A stretch of DNA of 32,000 bases from Ferroglobus placidus DSM 10642 (GCF_000025505.1 NC_013849.1:1-32000); one strand, 5' to 3'; shown: positions 1 through 9,597, counted from the stretch's first letter. Numbers and translations are program-made. The notes: a model not told the origin generated them from the letters alone.

Positions 1-124
1 AGTTTCAAGTTTATTGGAGATAAGCCGAACAGAGGGTCTTTTAATATCCAACTTCTAATTCTCGAAGCAGAGTGAGAATAGCAAAGCTCATAAATTCCAC
101 AAGCGAATTCTAATTCACCAACCG

Positions 125-1369
125 GTGATGCTTATGGTCGAGAACATTTTTGAAAAAATGCTCAAAAAAACGAGAATTTTCAAGAACAGGGACGTTTTAA
201 GGCACTCTTACACTCCCGAATACTTGCCCCACAGAAAAGAGCAGATCGAAACGCTTGCATCTCTCCTTTTACCGGCTTTGCAGGGGGAGACTCCTTCGAA
301 TATACTAATCTACGGGAAAACTGGCACCGGAAAAACGGCTACGGTAAAATTCGTGGGCAAGCAGCTTGAGGAAGCGAGTAGAAAATTTAATGCACACTGC
401 GTTATCCACTACTTAAACTGCGAGATTATAGATACGCAATACAGGGTTCTCGCTTCTTTGGCAAAAACTCTCGGAAGAAACGTTCCGATGACTGGCTGGC
501 CGACCGATCAGGTTTACGAGGAAGTAAAGAGGGCGATAGATTCGAGGGATCAGACGGTGATAATCGTCTTAGACGAGATCGATAAGCTCGTTAGGAAAGG
601 AGACGAGGTCCTCTACAGCCTTTCGAGAATTAACTCAGAATTGAGAAGGGCGAGGGTTAGCTTAATAGGAATATCCAACGATTTGAAGTTCAAAAACTTC
701 CTCGATCCAAGAGTTTTGAGTTCGCTGAGTGAGGAGGAGATAGTCTTTCCGCCGTATAATGCGGAGCAGCTTCAGGACATCCTTGCTCAAAGAGCTGAGC
801 TGGCATTCTATGAGGGAGTGCTCGAAGACGACGTTATTCCTTACTGCGCAGCTTTGGCTGCTCAAGAGCACGGAGATGCGAGAAAGGCTTTGGATTTGCT
901 TAGGGTGAGCGGAGAAATTGCCGAAGCTGAAGATGCGGATAAAGTCACGAGGGAACACGTGAAGAAGGCGATAAAGAGAATAGAAACAGACCACGTTGTT
1001 GAAGCTGTTAAAACCCTTCCAACTCAAAGTAAAATCATTCTCTACGGAATAATCTTACTCCACGAAAACGGAAAGAGAAAGATGACGACTGGAGAGGTTT
1101 ACGCTGTTTACAAAATTTTGTGCAAGAAGATAGGATTTGACGTTTTAACGCAGAGGAGAGTTAGCGATTTAATTTCCGAGCTCGACATGCTCGGAATAAT
1201 AAACTCCATAGTAATATCGAAGGGTAGATACGGAAGAACGAGAGAGATAAGACTCGACGTTCCGATTAAGCCTGTGAAAGAAGCTATTCTCGACGACTAC
1301 CGACTCGAAGCTCTAAGAGACATGGAGAAGTTCATAAGGAGCCACATCACGCTGGAGTTCTTTGACTGA
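125..1369 (+). CDS. cdc6: Orc1/Cdc6 replication initiator (AAA+ ATPase with C-terminal winged helix)
   Basis: 414-aa ORF with Walker A GKTGTGKT and Walker B IIVLDEID, followed by a C-terminal wHTH-like segment. Length and motif order are typical of archaeal Orc1/Cdc6. The first codon is GTG at 125, with ATG at 128. Confidence 0.9.
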   Translation: MMLMVENIFEKMLKKTRIFKNRDVLRHSYTPEYLPHRKEQIETLASLLLPALQGETPSNILIYGKTGTGKTATVKFVGKQLEEASRKFNAHCVIHYLNCEIIDTQYRVLASLAKTLGRNVPMTGWPTDQVYEEVKRAIDSRDQTVIIVLDEIDKLVRKGDEVLYSLSRINSELRRARVSLIGISNDLKFKNFLDPRVLSSLSEEEIVFPPYNAEQLQDILAQRAELAFYEGVLEDDVIPYCAALAAQEHGDARKALDLLRVSGEIAEAEDADKVTREHVKKAIKRIETDHVVEAVKTLPTQSKIILYGIILLHENGKRKMTTGEVYAVYKILCKKIGFDVLTQRRVSDLISELDMLGIINSIVISKGRYGRTREIRLDVPIKPVKEAILDDYRLEALRDMEKFIRSHITLEFFD

Positions 1370-1382
1370 TTTAAGCAAAACA

Positions 1383-1390
1383 TTAAAGTA
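1383..1390 (+). promoter_or_regulatory. TATA-like box (TTAAAGTA) centred ~26 nt upstream of the cofG GTG start
   Basis: An A/T box lies in the 42-nt cdc6-cofG spacer. The spacing fits an archaeal TATA box driving a leaderless or near-leaderless transcript. Judged by sequence inspection only. Confidence 0.3.
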
Positions 1391-1411
1391 TTTTTCACAT
1401 TCATTTAAGCT

Positions 1412-2374
1412 GTGGTAATCACCTACAGCAGAAACGTGTTCCTACCTTTAACGAGATCCTGCAGAAATCGCTGCTACTACTGCGGATTTAGGAGAGAGAA
1501 CGACGGCTTAATGAGCCTCGACTCGATAATCTCTTTGCTAAGGAAAGCGAAAAACGCAACCGAAGCCTTGCTCACGTTTGGAGAACAACCAGAGTTCAGC
1601 GAGAAGGTAAAAAAAGATCTTAAGGCTTTAGGATTCAGCAGTTTTTCGGATTACGTTAAGTCCGTCTGCGAAATTGCAATTAAGGAGGGCTTTTTACCCC
1701 ACACGAATCCGGGAGTCGTTGATACTGACTTTTTGAAGAAGGTTAAAGATTTCAACGCTAGCATGGGGCTTATGCTTGAGCAAGCGGTTGAACTGGAGTG
1801 TCACAAAGAGAGTCCCGGAAAGAAGCCGGAAGAAAGAATAAAATTCATAAAAAAAGCTGGAAAGCTGAAAATTCCTTTCACCACCGGAATTTTAGTGGGG
1901 ATAGGTGAAAAGTTCGAAGACAGAATTTACTCCCTCGAAGTTATAGCAGATTTACACGACAACTACGGACACATTCAGGAGGTGATAATCCAGAATTTTT
2001 CACCGAAGAAGGGAACAAAAATGGAAAACTTTAAACCCCCTTCTACTTCCGAAATGCTTGAAACTGTCAAAGTAGCCAGAAAGATTATTCAGAAGGATGT
2101 AGCGATCCAAGTTCCTCCGAACTTGGTGAAGGAAGTTGAGGTGTTCGTGAAAGCCGGAGCTAACGATCTTGGAGGAATTTCTGACGTAACTCCAGACTTC
2201 ATAAATCCCGAACATCCATGGCCGAAGGTTGAGGAGATATCCGAGAGGTTGAAAGGGTACGAATTAAAGGAGAGGTTGCCAATCTATCCAAAATTCGTGG
2301 TGGAAGGTTGGTACAGCGAAAAAATCGCTCCGCTTATTGAAGCTTATTCAGACGAGGAGGGTTACAAATGCTGA
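1412..2374 (+). CDS. cofG: FO synthase subunit 1 (7,8-didemethyl-8-hydroxy-5-deazariboflavin synthase, CofG), radical SAM
   Basis: 320 aa with an N-terminal radical-SAM CxxxCxxC motif (CRNRCYYC) and a GANDLGGIS motif shared with the following paralog. It overlaps cofH by 7 nt (ATGCTGA). Confidence 0.85.
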   Translation: MVITYSRNVFLPLTRSCRNRCYYCGFRRENDGLMSLDSIISLLRKAKNATEALLTFGEQPEFSEKVKKDLKALGFSSFSDYVKSVCEIAIKEGFLPHTNPGVVDTDFLKKVKDFNASMGLMLEQAVELECHKESPGKKPEERIKFIKKAGKLKIPFTTGILVGIGEKFEDRIYSLEVIADLHDNYGHIQEVIIQNFSPKKGTKMENFKPPSTSEMLETVKVARKIIQKDVAIQVPPNLVKEVEVFVKAGANDLGGISDVTPDFINPEHPWPKVEEISERLKGYELKERLPIYPKFVVEGWYSEKIAPLIEAYSDEEGYKC

Positions 2375-3387
2375 AAGAACTTCAACTCGTTAAGGAACCG
2401 TTCAAAACGTTCGAAATAGCTAACAAAATCAGAGAGGAGGAAGTAGGAGACGTGGTAACTTACGTCGTTAATAGGAACATAAACTTCACGGACATCTGCA
2501 TTAACTCCTGCAAATTCTGCTCATATCGGAACAGAAGGAAGTTCGTTTTGTCAACCGACGAGATAAAGAAGAAGGTTGAAGAAGCCGTAAATTACGGCTG
2601 CACGGAAGTTTGCATTCAAGGAGGACTTTATCCTAATGCTGATGTGGAATTTTACAAATCTATTTTAAGAGCGGTGAGGGAAGTTTCGAAGGACATTCAC
2701 ATTCACGCATTCTCTCCAATGGAAATCGTGCACGCGGCAAGAAACTCTGGATGCGATGTTGAGGATGTTTTGAGAGAGCTTAAAAAAGCGGGATTGAATT
2801 CTATGCCGGGAACAGCTGCTGAAATTCTTGACGACGAAATAAGAAGAATAATCTGTCCGGATAAGCTTTCGGTGGAGGAATGGGTCGACGTTATTAAGAC
2901 CGCCCATTACTTGGGAATTCCGACGACAGCAACCATAATGTACGGGCACATCGAAAGCTGGGAGCACAGAATAAAGCATCTTATGATCATAAGGGAAATT
3001 CAGGAGGAAACTTCCGGATTCACCGAATTCATTCCCCTCCCGTTCATGAACAAAAACAACGAGCTCGGGAAAATAGCAAGGCAATCCTCCGGTTTCGAAG
3101 ACCTGTTGATGATTTCAATCGCGAGAATAATTCTCCATCCGGTTATCCCGAACATTCAGGCTTCGTGGGTTAAGCTTGGAATAAAACTTGCTCAGGCAGC
3201 TTTGAATTTCGGAGCAAACGACCTCGGAGGAACATTGATGGAAGAGAACATTTCGAGGCTTGCTGGCTCCACTTCCGGAGAGTTTCTTCCGAAAGAGGAA
3301 ATGGAAAGATTAATACTGAACGCCGGCAGAATCCCGGCTGAGAGAGATACGCTTTACAGAATAATCAGAGTTAGAGAAAATGTCTGA
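2368..3387 (+). CDS. cofH: FO synthase subunit 2 (CofH), radical SAM
   Basis: 339 aa with CINSCKFC radical-SAM motif and a GANDLGGT motif. It is paralogous to and adjacent to cofG, the canonical split FO-synthase arrangement. Confidence 0.85.
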   Translation: MLKELQLVKEPFKTFEIANKIREEEVGDVVTYVVNRNINFTDICINSCKFCSYRNRRKFVLSTDEIKKKVEEAVNYGCTEVCIQGGLYPNADVEFYKSILRAVREVSKDIHIHAFSPMEIVHAARNSGCDVEDVLRELKKAGLNSMPGTAAEILDDEIRRIICPDKLSVEEWVDVIKTAHYLGIPTTATIMYGHIESWEHRIKHLMIIREIQEETSGFTEFIPLPFMNKNNELGKIARQSSGFEDLLMISIARIILHPVIPNIQASWVKLGIKLAQAALNFGANDLGGTLMEENISRLAGSTSGEFLPKEEMERLILNAGRIPAERDTLYRIIRVRENV

Positions 3388-4921
3388 AATATCACTTTAC
3401 AGCGTTTTCGCAAACTGGAGCGAGCGAAGCGTTGAGCAGAGGAACATTCTTTCGAAGGTGAAACTTCCCCTAAAAGTCGTCGAAGTGGATAAAGATTTGT
3501 TCCCCGATAAGGCTGAGGAACTTGAGGAGATAGGAGCCTCCTTCGGCGTTCACGGCTTGCCATTAAACGTCCTCTTTTACAAAGATATACCAATTTACGC
3601 GAGCGGATTTTTGAGCGAGAAAGACGTTTTAAAGTTAATTGAGGTAACGAAATCGCTCTTAAAAGCGGACGAAAGAAAAGTCTTAGAGGAAGGAAGGAAA
3701 GTAATTGAGAAAGTCGAAAACAGAAAAAAGGGTAAAGAGGGTTTAGCTGGATTAGAGCTTCTAAAAAGCTCTTTAGATAGGATTCTCAACGCTTTCGACT
3801 ACACCTACGGAGGGTTCGGGTTCGACTTGAAGTTTCCTTTTCCATTTACCCACATCTCCCTCCTACTTCTCAGGAGGTTCAGAGAGGTCGAAATTTCTGT
3901 GAGCGAAATGATAGACGGGGGAATAAGAGATCACATTTTTGGAGGATTTTTCAGATACTGTTTCGAAAGAAGCTGGGACAGTCCTGTTAGAGTAAAAACT
4001 ACTGTCGAAAACGCTGAAATTCTAATTTTACTATCCTTGGCTTACAGAAAACTCGGAGTAGGAAGGTTGAAAGGCGTTGCGAGGGAAACTGTGGATTTTC
4101 TCTTCAGCGTTAAAAAAGACTTTTTCGGAAACTGCTTAAGCATAGAAAAAGTTGAATTTGCCAATCTCGATGAGCTGGAGAAAAAGCTTCTAAACTCTTA
4201 CTACGGATTCGACAAACTTGGCTACGCGAGAATAATTGCGTCGAGGGAGTCGATAGCGGAGGAGTTGGGGTTAGACTACGAAGAGGTGGGAGAGGTAATA
4301 AAAAATTTGAAGAAAAAGGCTAAAGCGAAAGCTCGAGTCGACGATAGAGAGATTAGCTCTTATAACTTCCACGTGGCTACAGCTTTGAATTACTACTCCG
4401 CAATATTCGACGAAAAAGTAGGGGTCGAAGACATTCTCAAAAAAATTCTGAAAAAGAGATTCGAAGACGTCCTCTACAGATACGAAGATGTGGAGGGGAA
4501 ATTTGAAGACTACTCCTACGGAATATTTTCGCTCGTAGTCAACCATTACCTGAACGACTGGGGGCTGGAAGAGGCGGAAGAACTTTTTAAACTTTCCGAT
4601 GATCACTGGAAAGTTTTCGATTCGAGAACTGCATCTCCGCTCTCTCTGAAAATTTTATCAGCTCTCCACCTATACCACCTCACGGGAAAGAGGGAATACA
4701 GAGAATACGCGAAGGAGAAGCTGAAAAAATTTGCCGGCTACGAGCACAACATATACTCCGGAGCTTACCTCGTGGCGTTGAAAGCGTACCTCAGACCGAT
4801 ATACGCTCCGAAAATAGAAAAATTCATCGCTCCCGACGTTTTCTTCTGGGAAAAGGACTGGATCGAATATGCCGGAAAAAAATTTAAGTCAGACGAAATT
4901 AGAGCTGTGTTAGATGGTTGA
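3380..4921 (+). CDS. DUF255/YyaL-like protein (thioredoxin-fold N-terminus plus alpha/alpha-toroid-like body), lacking a CxxC motif
   Basis: 513 aa. The N-terminal segment [11 protein letters not shown]...GLPLNVLF resembles the thioredoxin-fold part of DUF255. [10 protein letters not shown]...W..P...[10 protein letters not shown] resembles the D-x-GGF-x-RY...W..PHFEK..YDNA core. No redox cysteine pair is visible. It is coupled to cofH (8-nt overlap) and aroK (8-nt overlap). The family assignment is from memory of motifs. Confidence 0.5.
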   Translation: MSEISLYSVFANWSERSVEQRNILSKVKLPLKVVEVDKDLFPDKAEELEEIGASFGVHGLPLNVLFYKDIPIYASGFLSEKDVLKLIEVTKSLLKADERKVLEEGRKVIEKVENRKKGKEGLAGLELLKSSLDRILNAFDYTYGGFGFDLKFPFPFTHISLLLLRRFREVEISVSEMIDGGIRDHIFGGFFRYCFERSWDSPVRVKTTVENAEILILLSLAYRKLGVGRLKGVARETVDFLFSVKKDFFGNCLSIEKVEFANLDELEKKLLNSYYGFDKLGYARIIASRESIAEELGLDYEEVGEVIKNLKKKAKAKARVDDREISSYNFHVATALNYYSAIFDEKVGVEDILKKILKKRFEDVLYRYEDVEGKFEDYSYGIFSLVVNHYLNDWGLEEAEELFKLSDDHWKVFDSRTASPLSLKILSALHLYHLTGKREYREYAKEKLKKFAGYEHNIYSGAYLVALKAYLRPIYAPKIEKFIAPDVFFWEKDWIEYAGKKFKSDEIRAVLDG

Positions 4922-5735
4922 AGGGAAAGCTTTCGCTGCCGGAACGATCGTAAACGCTCTCGCAGCTTTGAAAGGAGTAGCATTCGCCCTAAACTTGAAA
5001 ACGAGAGTCAGGATTATTCCGGGAAAGGAAGGCGATTTTGAAAGCAGAGCTCTTGAATGCGTGGTTAAAAAAGTCTTCAGAAGCTTGAACATAGACGGAA
5101 AAGTTAAAGTGGAGAGCGAAATTCCGAGGAGGAGCGGATTGGGGAGTAGTAGCGCTGTTGTGAACGCTTTGATGTGTGCCGCTTACAAGTATCTAAACAA
5201 AGAACTTGAGGCTCACAGCATCTTAAGAGCCAACGCGAGAATCAGCTTGGAATGCGGTATGAGCTACACAGGAGCCTTTGACGATGCCTCAGCTTCTCTT
5301 CTCGGAGGGGTCGTTTTTAGCGACAACGCGAAGATGAAACTTTTCAAGAGGGAAAGTTTGGAAGGAAAAGCAGCCATACTCATCCCCGCTTGGGAACGAA
5401 AGAACGTCGATCTAAAGAAAATAAGGGAGAGAAGAGAGGAAGTCGAGAGGGCTTTTAAATTGGCGATGGAAGGAAAGCTTAGAGAAGCTATGTACGTAAA
5501 CTCCTACGAATACTGCAGAGCTTTGAATTTACCTTTCGAGCCGGTCGTAGCAGCTTACAACCTCGGACTTAATGCCGGTTTGTCGGGAAACGGACCGAGC
5601 TACGTGGCTTTTGGAGAGAACGTCGAGGACGTTAAATCCGTCTGGGAAAGCTTCGGAAAAGTTATTTTTGTAGACATCGTTAACGTTCCGGCTGAAGACG
5701 TTAAAATAAGTGGTTCTCTGTTTATTCAAACCTGA
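4914..5735 (+). CDS. aroK: Archaeal-type shikimate kinase (GHMP kinase superfamily)
   Basis: 273 aa with the GHMP motif PRRSGLGSSSA. The N-terminus [17 protein letters not shown]... is typical of archaeal GHMP-type shikimate kinases. Confidence 0.75.
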   Translation: MVEGKAFAAGTIVNALAALKGVAFALNLKTRVRIIPGKEGDFESRALECVVKKVFRSLNIDGKVKVESEIPRRSGLGSSSAVVNALMCAAYKYLNKELEAHSILRANARISLECGMSYTGAFDDASASLLGGVVFSDNAKMKLFKRESLEGKAAILIPAWERKNVDLKKIRERREEVERAFKLAMEGKLREAMYVNSYEYCRALNLPFEPVVAAYNLGLNAGLSGNGPSYVAFGENVEDVKSVWESFGKVIFVDIVNVPAEDVKISGSLFIQT

Positions 5736-6843
5736 GAGCCACGATTGGATCGAGCTTGCTTGCCCTGTAAGCAGGATAAAGACCGCTTACTAAAGCTGTG
5801 AGTATTCCAAAAAAGAGACCGAAGAGAGCGTACAGCGCTGAAGATAGGGAAAACACGTACTCGGTTTTCCCGACTATTAAGCCCGTTATTCCGTAGCCGG
5901 CAACGAAGCTCAGACAAGCACCTATAACGCTTCCGAAGACTCCGAGAATTAAAGCTTCGTATAGGAATATTTTCAAAACATCACTCCTTTGAGCGCCGAT
6001 AGCTCTGAGAATGCCTATTTCCTTCGTTCTCTCTATAGTAGACATCAACATAACGTTGAGAATACTAACTCCGGCTACGAGGAGCGAAACCCCGGCTATA
6101 GCCATGAGAAACAGATTTATCTGAGCAAAAGCTTTCTCTATCCTTTCAAGAATCGACTTCATCTCGAAAACGTCAACAACCTTTTCCTTGTAGTTTATTC
6201 GACTTTCCACGTATTCCTTAAACCTCGAAACGTCTTCTATGCTTTTCACCTTTACTATCACTATGTCGTATCCGTCTCCAAAGAGCTTGTCGAAATCTTC
6301 TCGGGAAATTATAACTGCGTAATTTGGATTTACGTCGAATCTCGCACCTTCAGCTTCGAGAATTGCCGAAACCTTGAAGAGCTTACCGCTTACGTATATT
6401 TTGCTACCAACTCTTAGTTCGAGAGCTTCTGCGAGCATTTTTCCAACGACGCACCTTCCACCGAAAGAAATTTTTCCAGACTCTGCTTTAAACATCTCTC
6501 TCGCATCGTCTTCGTCCAATCCGTAAACAGTGGATATCGTTCTCTTTTTCGAGATTATTTCTGCTGCTGCTGATTTAACGGGAATTATCTCGGATATGTA
6601 AGGAGATTTCTCTATTTTCATCAAAGTTCTTTCATCTATAGCAGAGTAGCCGTGAGTCCTCGAAGGGGTAATTATCACTTCGTTTGCGAGATCTTTAAAG
6701 TTCTCAAGCACTGCATTTTTCAAACTCTCTCCGAAGATCCCTATTGAAGCTATAGCCGTAACTCCTATGATAACTCCAACAGCAGCCAGAACGCTTCTAA
6801 CCTTAGCTCTTCCGAGATTTCTAAGAGCCATTTGAAGATACAT
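5722..6843 (-). CDS. ABC transporter permease, FtsX/MacB type
   Basis: 373 aa with an N-terminal TM helix, a large extracytoplasmic domain and three C-terminal TM helices (FtsX-like). It overlaps the upstream ATPase gene by 23 nt. Confidence 0.85.
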   Translation of the reverse strand: MYLQMALRNLGRAKVRSVLAAVGVIIGVTAIASIGIFGESLKNAVLENFKDLANEVIITPSRTHGYSAIDERTLMKIEKSPYISEIIPVKSAAAEIISKKRTISTVYGLDEDDAREMFKAESGKISFGGRCVVGKMLAEALELRVGSKIYVSGKLFKVSAILEAEGARFDVNPNYAVIISREDFDKLFGDGYDIVIVKVKSIEDVSRFKEYVESRINYKEKVVDVFEMKSILERIEKAFAQINLFLMAIAGVSLLVAGVSILNVMLMSTIERTKEIGILRAIGAQRSDVLKIFLYEALILGVFGSVIGACLSFVAGYGITGLIVGKTEYVFSLSSALYALFGLFFGILTALVSGLYPAYRASKLDPIVALRFE

Positions 6844-7507
6844 CCACGATCATCCCGTCTCTAAGCTTTACAACTCTCTCAGCATATCTTTTCAAGCTTT
6901 CGTCGTGGGTAACCAAGATAACGGTTACTCCCTCTTCGTTCAACTCTTTTATTGCTTCCATAACTATCTCGCCGCTCTTGCTGTCTAAATTGCCTGTAGG
7001 CTCGTCGCAAAGGAGTATGGATGGTTTGTTTGCCAAAGCTCTCGCTATCGCAACACGCTGCTGCTGTCCTCCGCTGAGTTCAGCAGGCTTTCTTTCGAGA
7101 AGCTCGTAGATACCAAGCTTTTCAGCAAGTTCTCTAACTCTTCTTTCCCTCTCTTCCTTTGAAATCCCCTTGAAAACCATCGGCAGCTCAATGTTCTCCT
7201 CAACCGTGAGAGTAGGAATTAAATTGTACTGCTGAAAAATAAATCCGATTTCGTCTCTTCTGAGCTTCGTCAACTCTCTGTCAGAAAGTTCCCTCGTCCT
7301 CCTTCCTTTAATGATCACTTCTCCTTCCGTTGGCTTATCCAAACACCCCACGAGGTTAAGCAAAGTGCTCTTACCACTACCGCTCGGACCCATTACAGCG
7401 ATAAATTCTCCGAGCTCAACTTCGAGATTAACGTTTCTCAAAGCCACGACCTCGTAGTATTTAGTTTTGTAAACCTTCGTAACGTTTCTAAGCTCTACCG
7501 CTTTCAT
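6821..7507 (-). CDS. ABC transporter ATP-binding protein (MacB/LolD-like)
   Basis: 228 aa with Walker A GPSGSGKST, ABC signature LSGGQQQRV and Walker B ILLCDEPT. Confidence 0.92.
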   Translation of the reverse strand: MKAVELRNVTKVYKTKYYEVVALRNVNLEVELGEFIAVMGPSGSGKSTLLNLVGCLDKPTEGEVIIKGRRTRELSDRELTKLRRDEIGFIFQQYNLIPTLTVEENIELPMVFKGISKEERERRVRELAEKLGIYELLERKPAELSGGQQQRVAIARALANKPSILLCDEPTGNLDSKSGEIVMEAIKELNEEGVTVILVTHDESLKRYAERVVKLRDGMIVDVSSNGS

Positions 7508-8772
7508 CTTCTCCTCAAAGCAATTAACGCAAGAGAGATTATCACGAGGGCTGCAACAACTGACACAATTATCGGCAGCGGAGAAGCTCTTCTTTCTTCA
7601 ACTTTGACCTTCTCTAACTTAACTTCCTTTTCCAATTCAAGCAGATCTCCGGCAGCGTTTCTCCACTGAAGCTTTAAAGTTCCTGTTGTGTTCTTCGCTT
7701 TGATTTCGAAGATTTCGAAGTCTCCAGCTGCAACGCTTCCAACGAAAGCTTTCTCTTCGCCGAAAAACACGACAACGCTCGAAATTTCGCTCGCCCCTCT
7801 GTTGCAAATCTCCCCTCTCAGCACGTCCTCAGAAAACTCGTAGCTGCAAACGTCTACCGCGCTTTCGTTCAGAACTTTCACTTCAATGCTCTTTGTCTCC
7901 CTCTTGATCTCCTCATTCTCGTAGCTCAATTCCACGTTAAAAGTGAAGACGCCCGGTTTGAATGCCGTGACGTACATCGAGAAGTTCTTGCTCTGGCTCG
8001 GTAAAAGTACCGGGTAGCTGAAAACTCTGTCGAGGGCTTTGAGCCTTATATTATAGACGGCCTCTCTCTTCAAGTTAGTCACGAAGATGTCAACTTTTAC
8101 CGCATCGTAAACCATAACCTTTTCCGGAGCTCTAACTTCGAAGTAAACCCCTCTGCTTTCTTTCCACTCGACCTTAAACTCTTTCACGTACTCGTGGTAG
8201 TTCCTTCCGTTGTAGAAGTAAATTTTGAACGCTATCTTTTCCCTTTCCTTCGGATAGTATTTGAACACCGCTTCTCTTCCGTAAGCAACTTCTGGAGTTG
8301 CGTTGAAGAGTGGTTTGATGTAAACGTCAAAGTCCGCGTTCACGCTTACCTTCAAAAGATTTACCTCGTTGAGGTATATCGTAGTGTTCTGCAACACCAC
8401 TTCCGGCATCTCCTTTTCTACAACGAAGGGAACGTAGTAAGTTGTTGATCCGTTCGGAGTAGACACCTTAACCTCAACCGAGAACTTCCCGGGTTTTTCT
8501 GCTTTAAACGTGAAAGGAAGTTCGTAAGTAGAGAGGGGGGGAATTACACCTATGTCAGTAATAATTCTCGGTTCGACGAGATCGCTGTAGAAAACGATGC
8601 TGGAAATTTTCTCTGCGAAAGAATTTTTGTTTTCCAGAACGATGGAGCAATCTACCTCGTCTCCAACGAATATCCTGTCGAGCCCCACTTTAACTTCTTT
8701 GACCGTCACCTGAGCTGAAGAGGGGACAATAATGAAGAGCGACGCAAACAGTATCGTTAAAAATTTCTTCAT
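7504..8772 (-). CDS. Exported beta-sandwich-repeat protein with C-terminal TM anchor (CARDB/COG1361-like), ABC-exporter associated
   Basis: 422 aa with signal peptide MKKFLTILFASLFIIVPSSAQV and repeated beta-rich segments. The C-terminal hydrophobic helix is followed by RRR. A 4-nt ATGA overlap joins it to the ATPase gene. The family name is tentative. Confidence 0.6.
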   Translation of the reverse strand: MKKFLTILFASLFIIVPSSAQVTVKEVKVGLDRIFVGDEVDCSIVLENKNSFAEKISSIVFYSDLVEPRIITDIGVIPPLSTYELPFTFKAEKPGKFSVEVKVSTPNGSTTYYVPFVVEKEMPEVVLQNTTIYLNEVNLLKVSVNADFDVYIKPLFNATPEVAYGREAVFKYYPKEREKIAFKIYFYNGRNYHEYVKEFKVEWKESRGVYFEVRAPEKVMVYDAVKVDIFVTNLKREAVYNIRLKALDRVFSYPVLLPSQSKNFSMYVTAFKPGVFTFNVELSYENEEIKRETKSIEVKVLNESAVDVCSYEFSEDVLRGEICNRGASEISSVVVFFGEEKAFVGSVAAGDFEIFEIKAKNTTGTLKLQWRNAAGDLLELEKEVKLEKVKVEERRASPLPIIVSVVAALVIISLALIALRRR

Positions 8773-8808
8773 GCTGGCAAAATTTATTTTTTGAATTTAA
8801 GCCTTTCT

Positions 8809-9222
8809 CTAAAACTCTACAGCATCAAAATCGAAGTCGACGTCCACGAAATCTTCTAAAGAGGACAGCATCAGAAGGTCGATCATTCCGAACGTTACGA
8901 GGAGGGAAAGCAAGAATGCATGAGCTCTGAGTAAATTCTCAATCTCCTTTAAATCCCCCATATCCCGAGCCAACCTGATTCTTTCCGATATCTCCTTCAA
9001 TTCGTTTAAAAGCTTCTGAGCTTCGTTATATCCTCTTTCGGTAAGTTCGTAAACATCTTTTTTGAAAATTAAACCTTCTCTTCTCCTTACTACCAATCCC
9101 TCCGCTTCCAAACTGTTTAACGCTGAGATAACGTCTTCCAATCGCACGTTCAAAACTCTTGCTATTTCCTCAGCTCTTCTAAATTTGAGGAGGAGCACGA
9201 GGACACTTTCTCTTAATTCCAT
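8809..9222 (-). CDS. Winged-helix transcriptional regulator with hydrophobic segment and acidic C-terminal tail
   Basis: 137 aa. wHTH region EIARVLNVRLEDVISALNSLEAEGLVVRRREGLIFKKDVYELTERG, then a helical linker, a hydrophobic patch (AFLLSLLVTFGMIDLLML) and an acidic tail (EDFVDVDFDFDAVEF). It is the first gene of the ABC-exporter string. Confidence 0.6.
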   Translation of the reverse strand: MELRESVLVLLLKFRRAEEIARVLNVRLEDVISALNSLEAEGLVVRRREGLIFKKDVYELTERGYNEAQKLLNELKEISERIRLARDMGDLKEIENLLRAHAFLLSLLVTFGMIDLLMLSSLEDFVDVDFDFDAVEF

Positions 9223-9349
9223 GAAGTAAGCTTAAAAGTGAATGTTGAAAACTTTTCGGCTTTCAAAAAATTTCACAAAGGGTTGAAAAAACTTACTCGC
9301 TCCCTTAGAGGTCTGGATGATGGGACACATTCCGTTTAAAGCCGTCAAC

Positions 9350-9510
9350 TCACGTGGCTAAGACCGAAGCTCTTCGCTTCATCAATTCCTCTTCCACGAA
9401 TTTGACAAGTCCGAGCATTTCGAGAATTTCCAGATCTTTGATTACGTTCCTCCTGTTCCCCCCTAACAACTTAGCGACTTCTTAAACGCTTTTCAGCTCG
9501 CACTTTTTTA
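9350..9510 (-). pseudogene. Remnant of a small wHTH gene, interrupted by an in-frame TAA and N-terminally truncated
   Basis: My minus-strand translation reads ...KKCELKSV*EVAKLLGGNRRNVIKDLEILEMLGLVKFVEEELMKRRASVLAT*. This is HTH-like, but no intact start or frame exists. Confidence 0.25.
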
Positions 9511-9597
9511 TTCACACGTATGAAACCTTAGACTCGCGTCGAAACGAAGTTAAGAGAATACGTAATTTTGGCAAAAAACGGTTTAATGGGAATTAAA

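Noticed and set aside
662-1027. 121-aa minus-strand ORF inside cdc6. Similar antisense ORFs occur at 2000-2215, 2665-3084, 3354-3593, 4271-4606, 5989-6417, 8194-8448, 10729-11085, 11139-11522, 12780-13052, 13397-14088, 18183-18392 and 20346-20893.
   Set aside because: Each lies entirely antisense to, or out of frame within, a strongly supported gene. They have low-complexity or atypical composition, no motifs, and no room for promoters, so they are shadow ORFs.
9311-9365. C/D-box sRNA-like candidate: terminal complementarity GGTCT...AGACC with GGATGATGG near the 5' end
   Set aside because: There is no CUGA D box next to the 3' stem and no internal D'/C' boxes at the expected ~12-nt guide spacing, so the pattern is incomplete.
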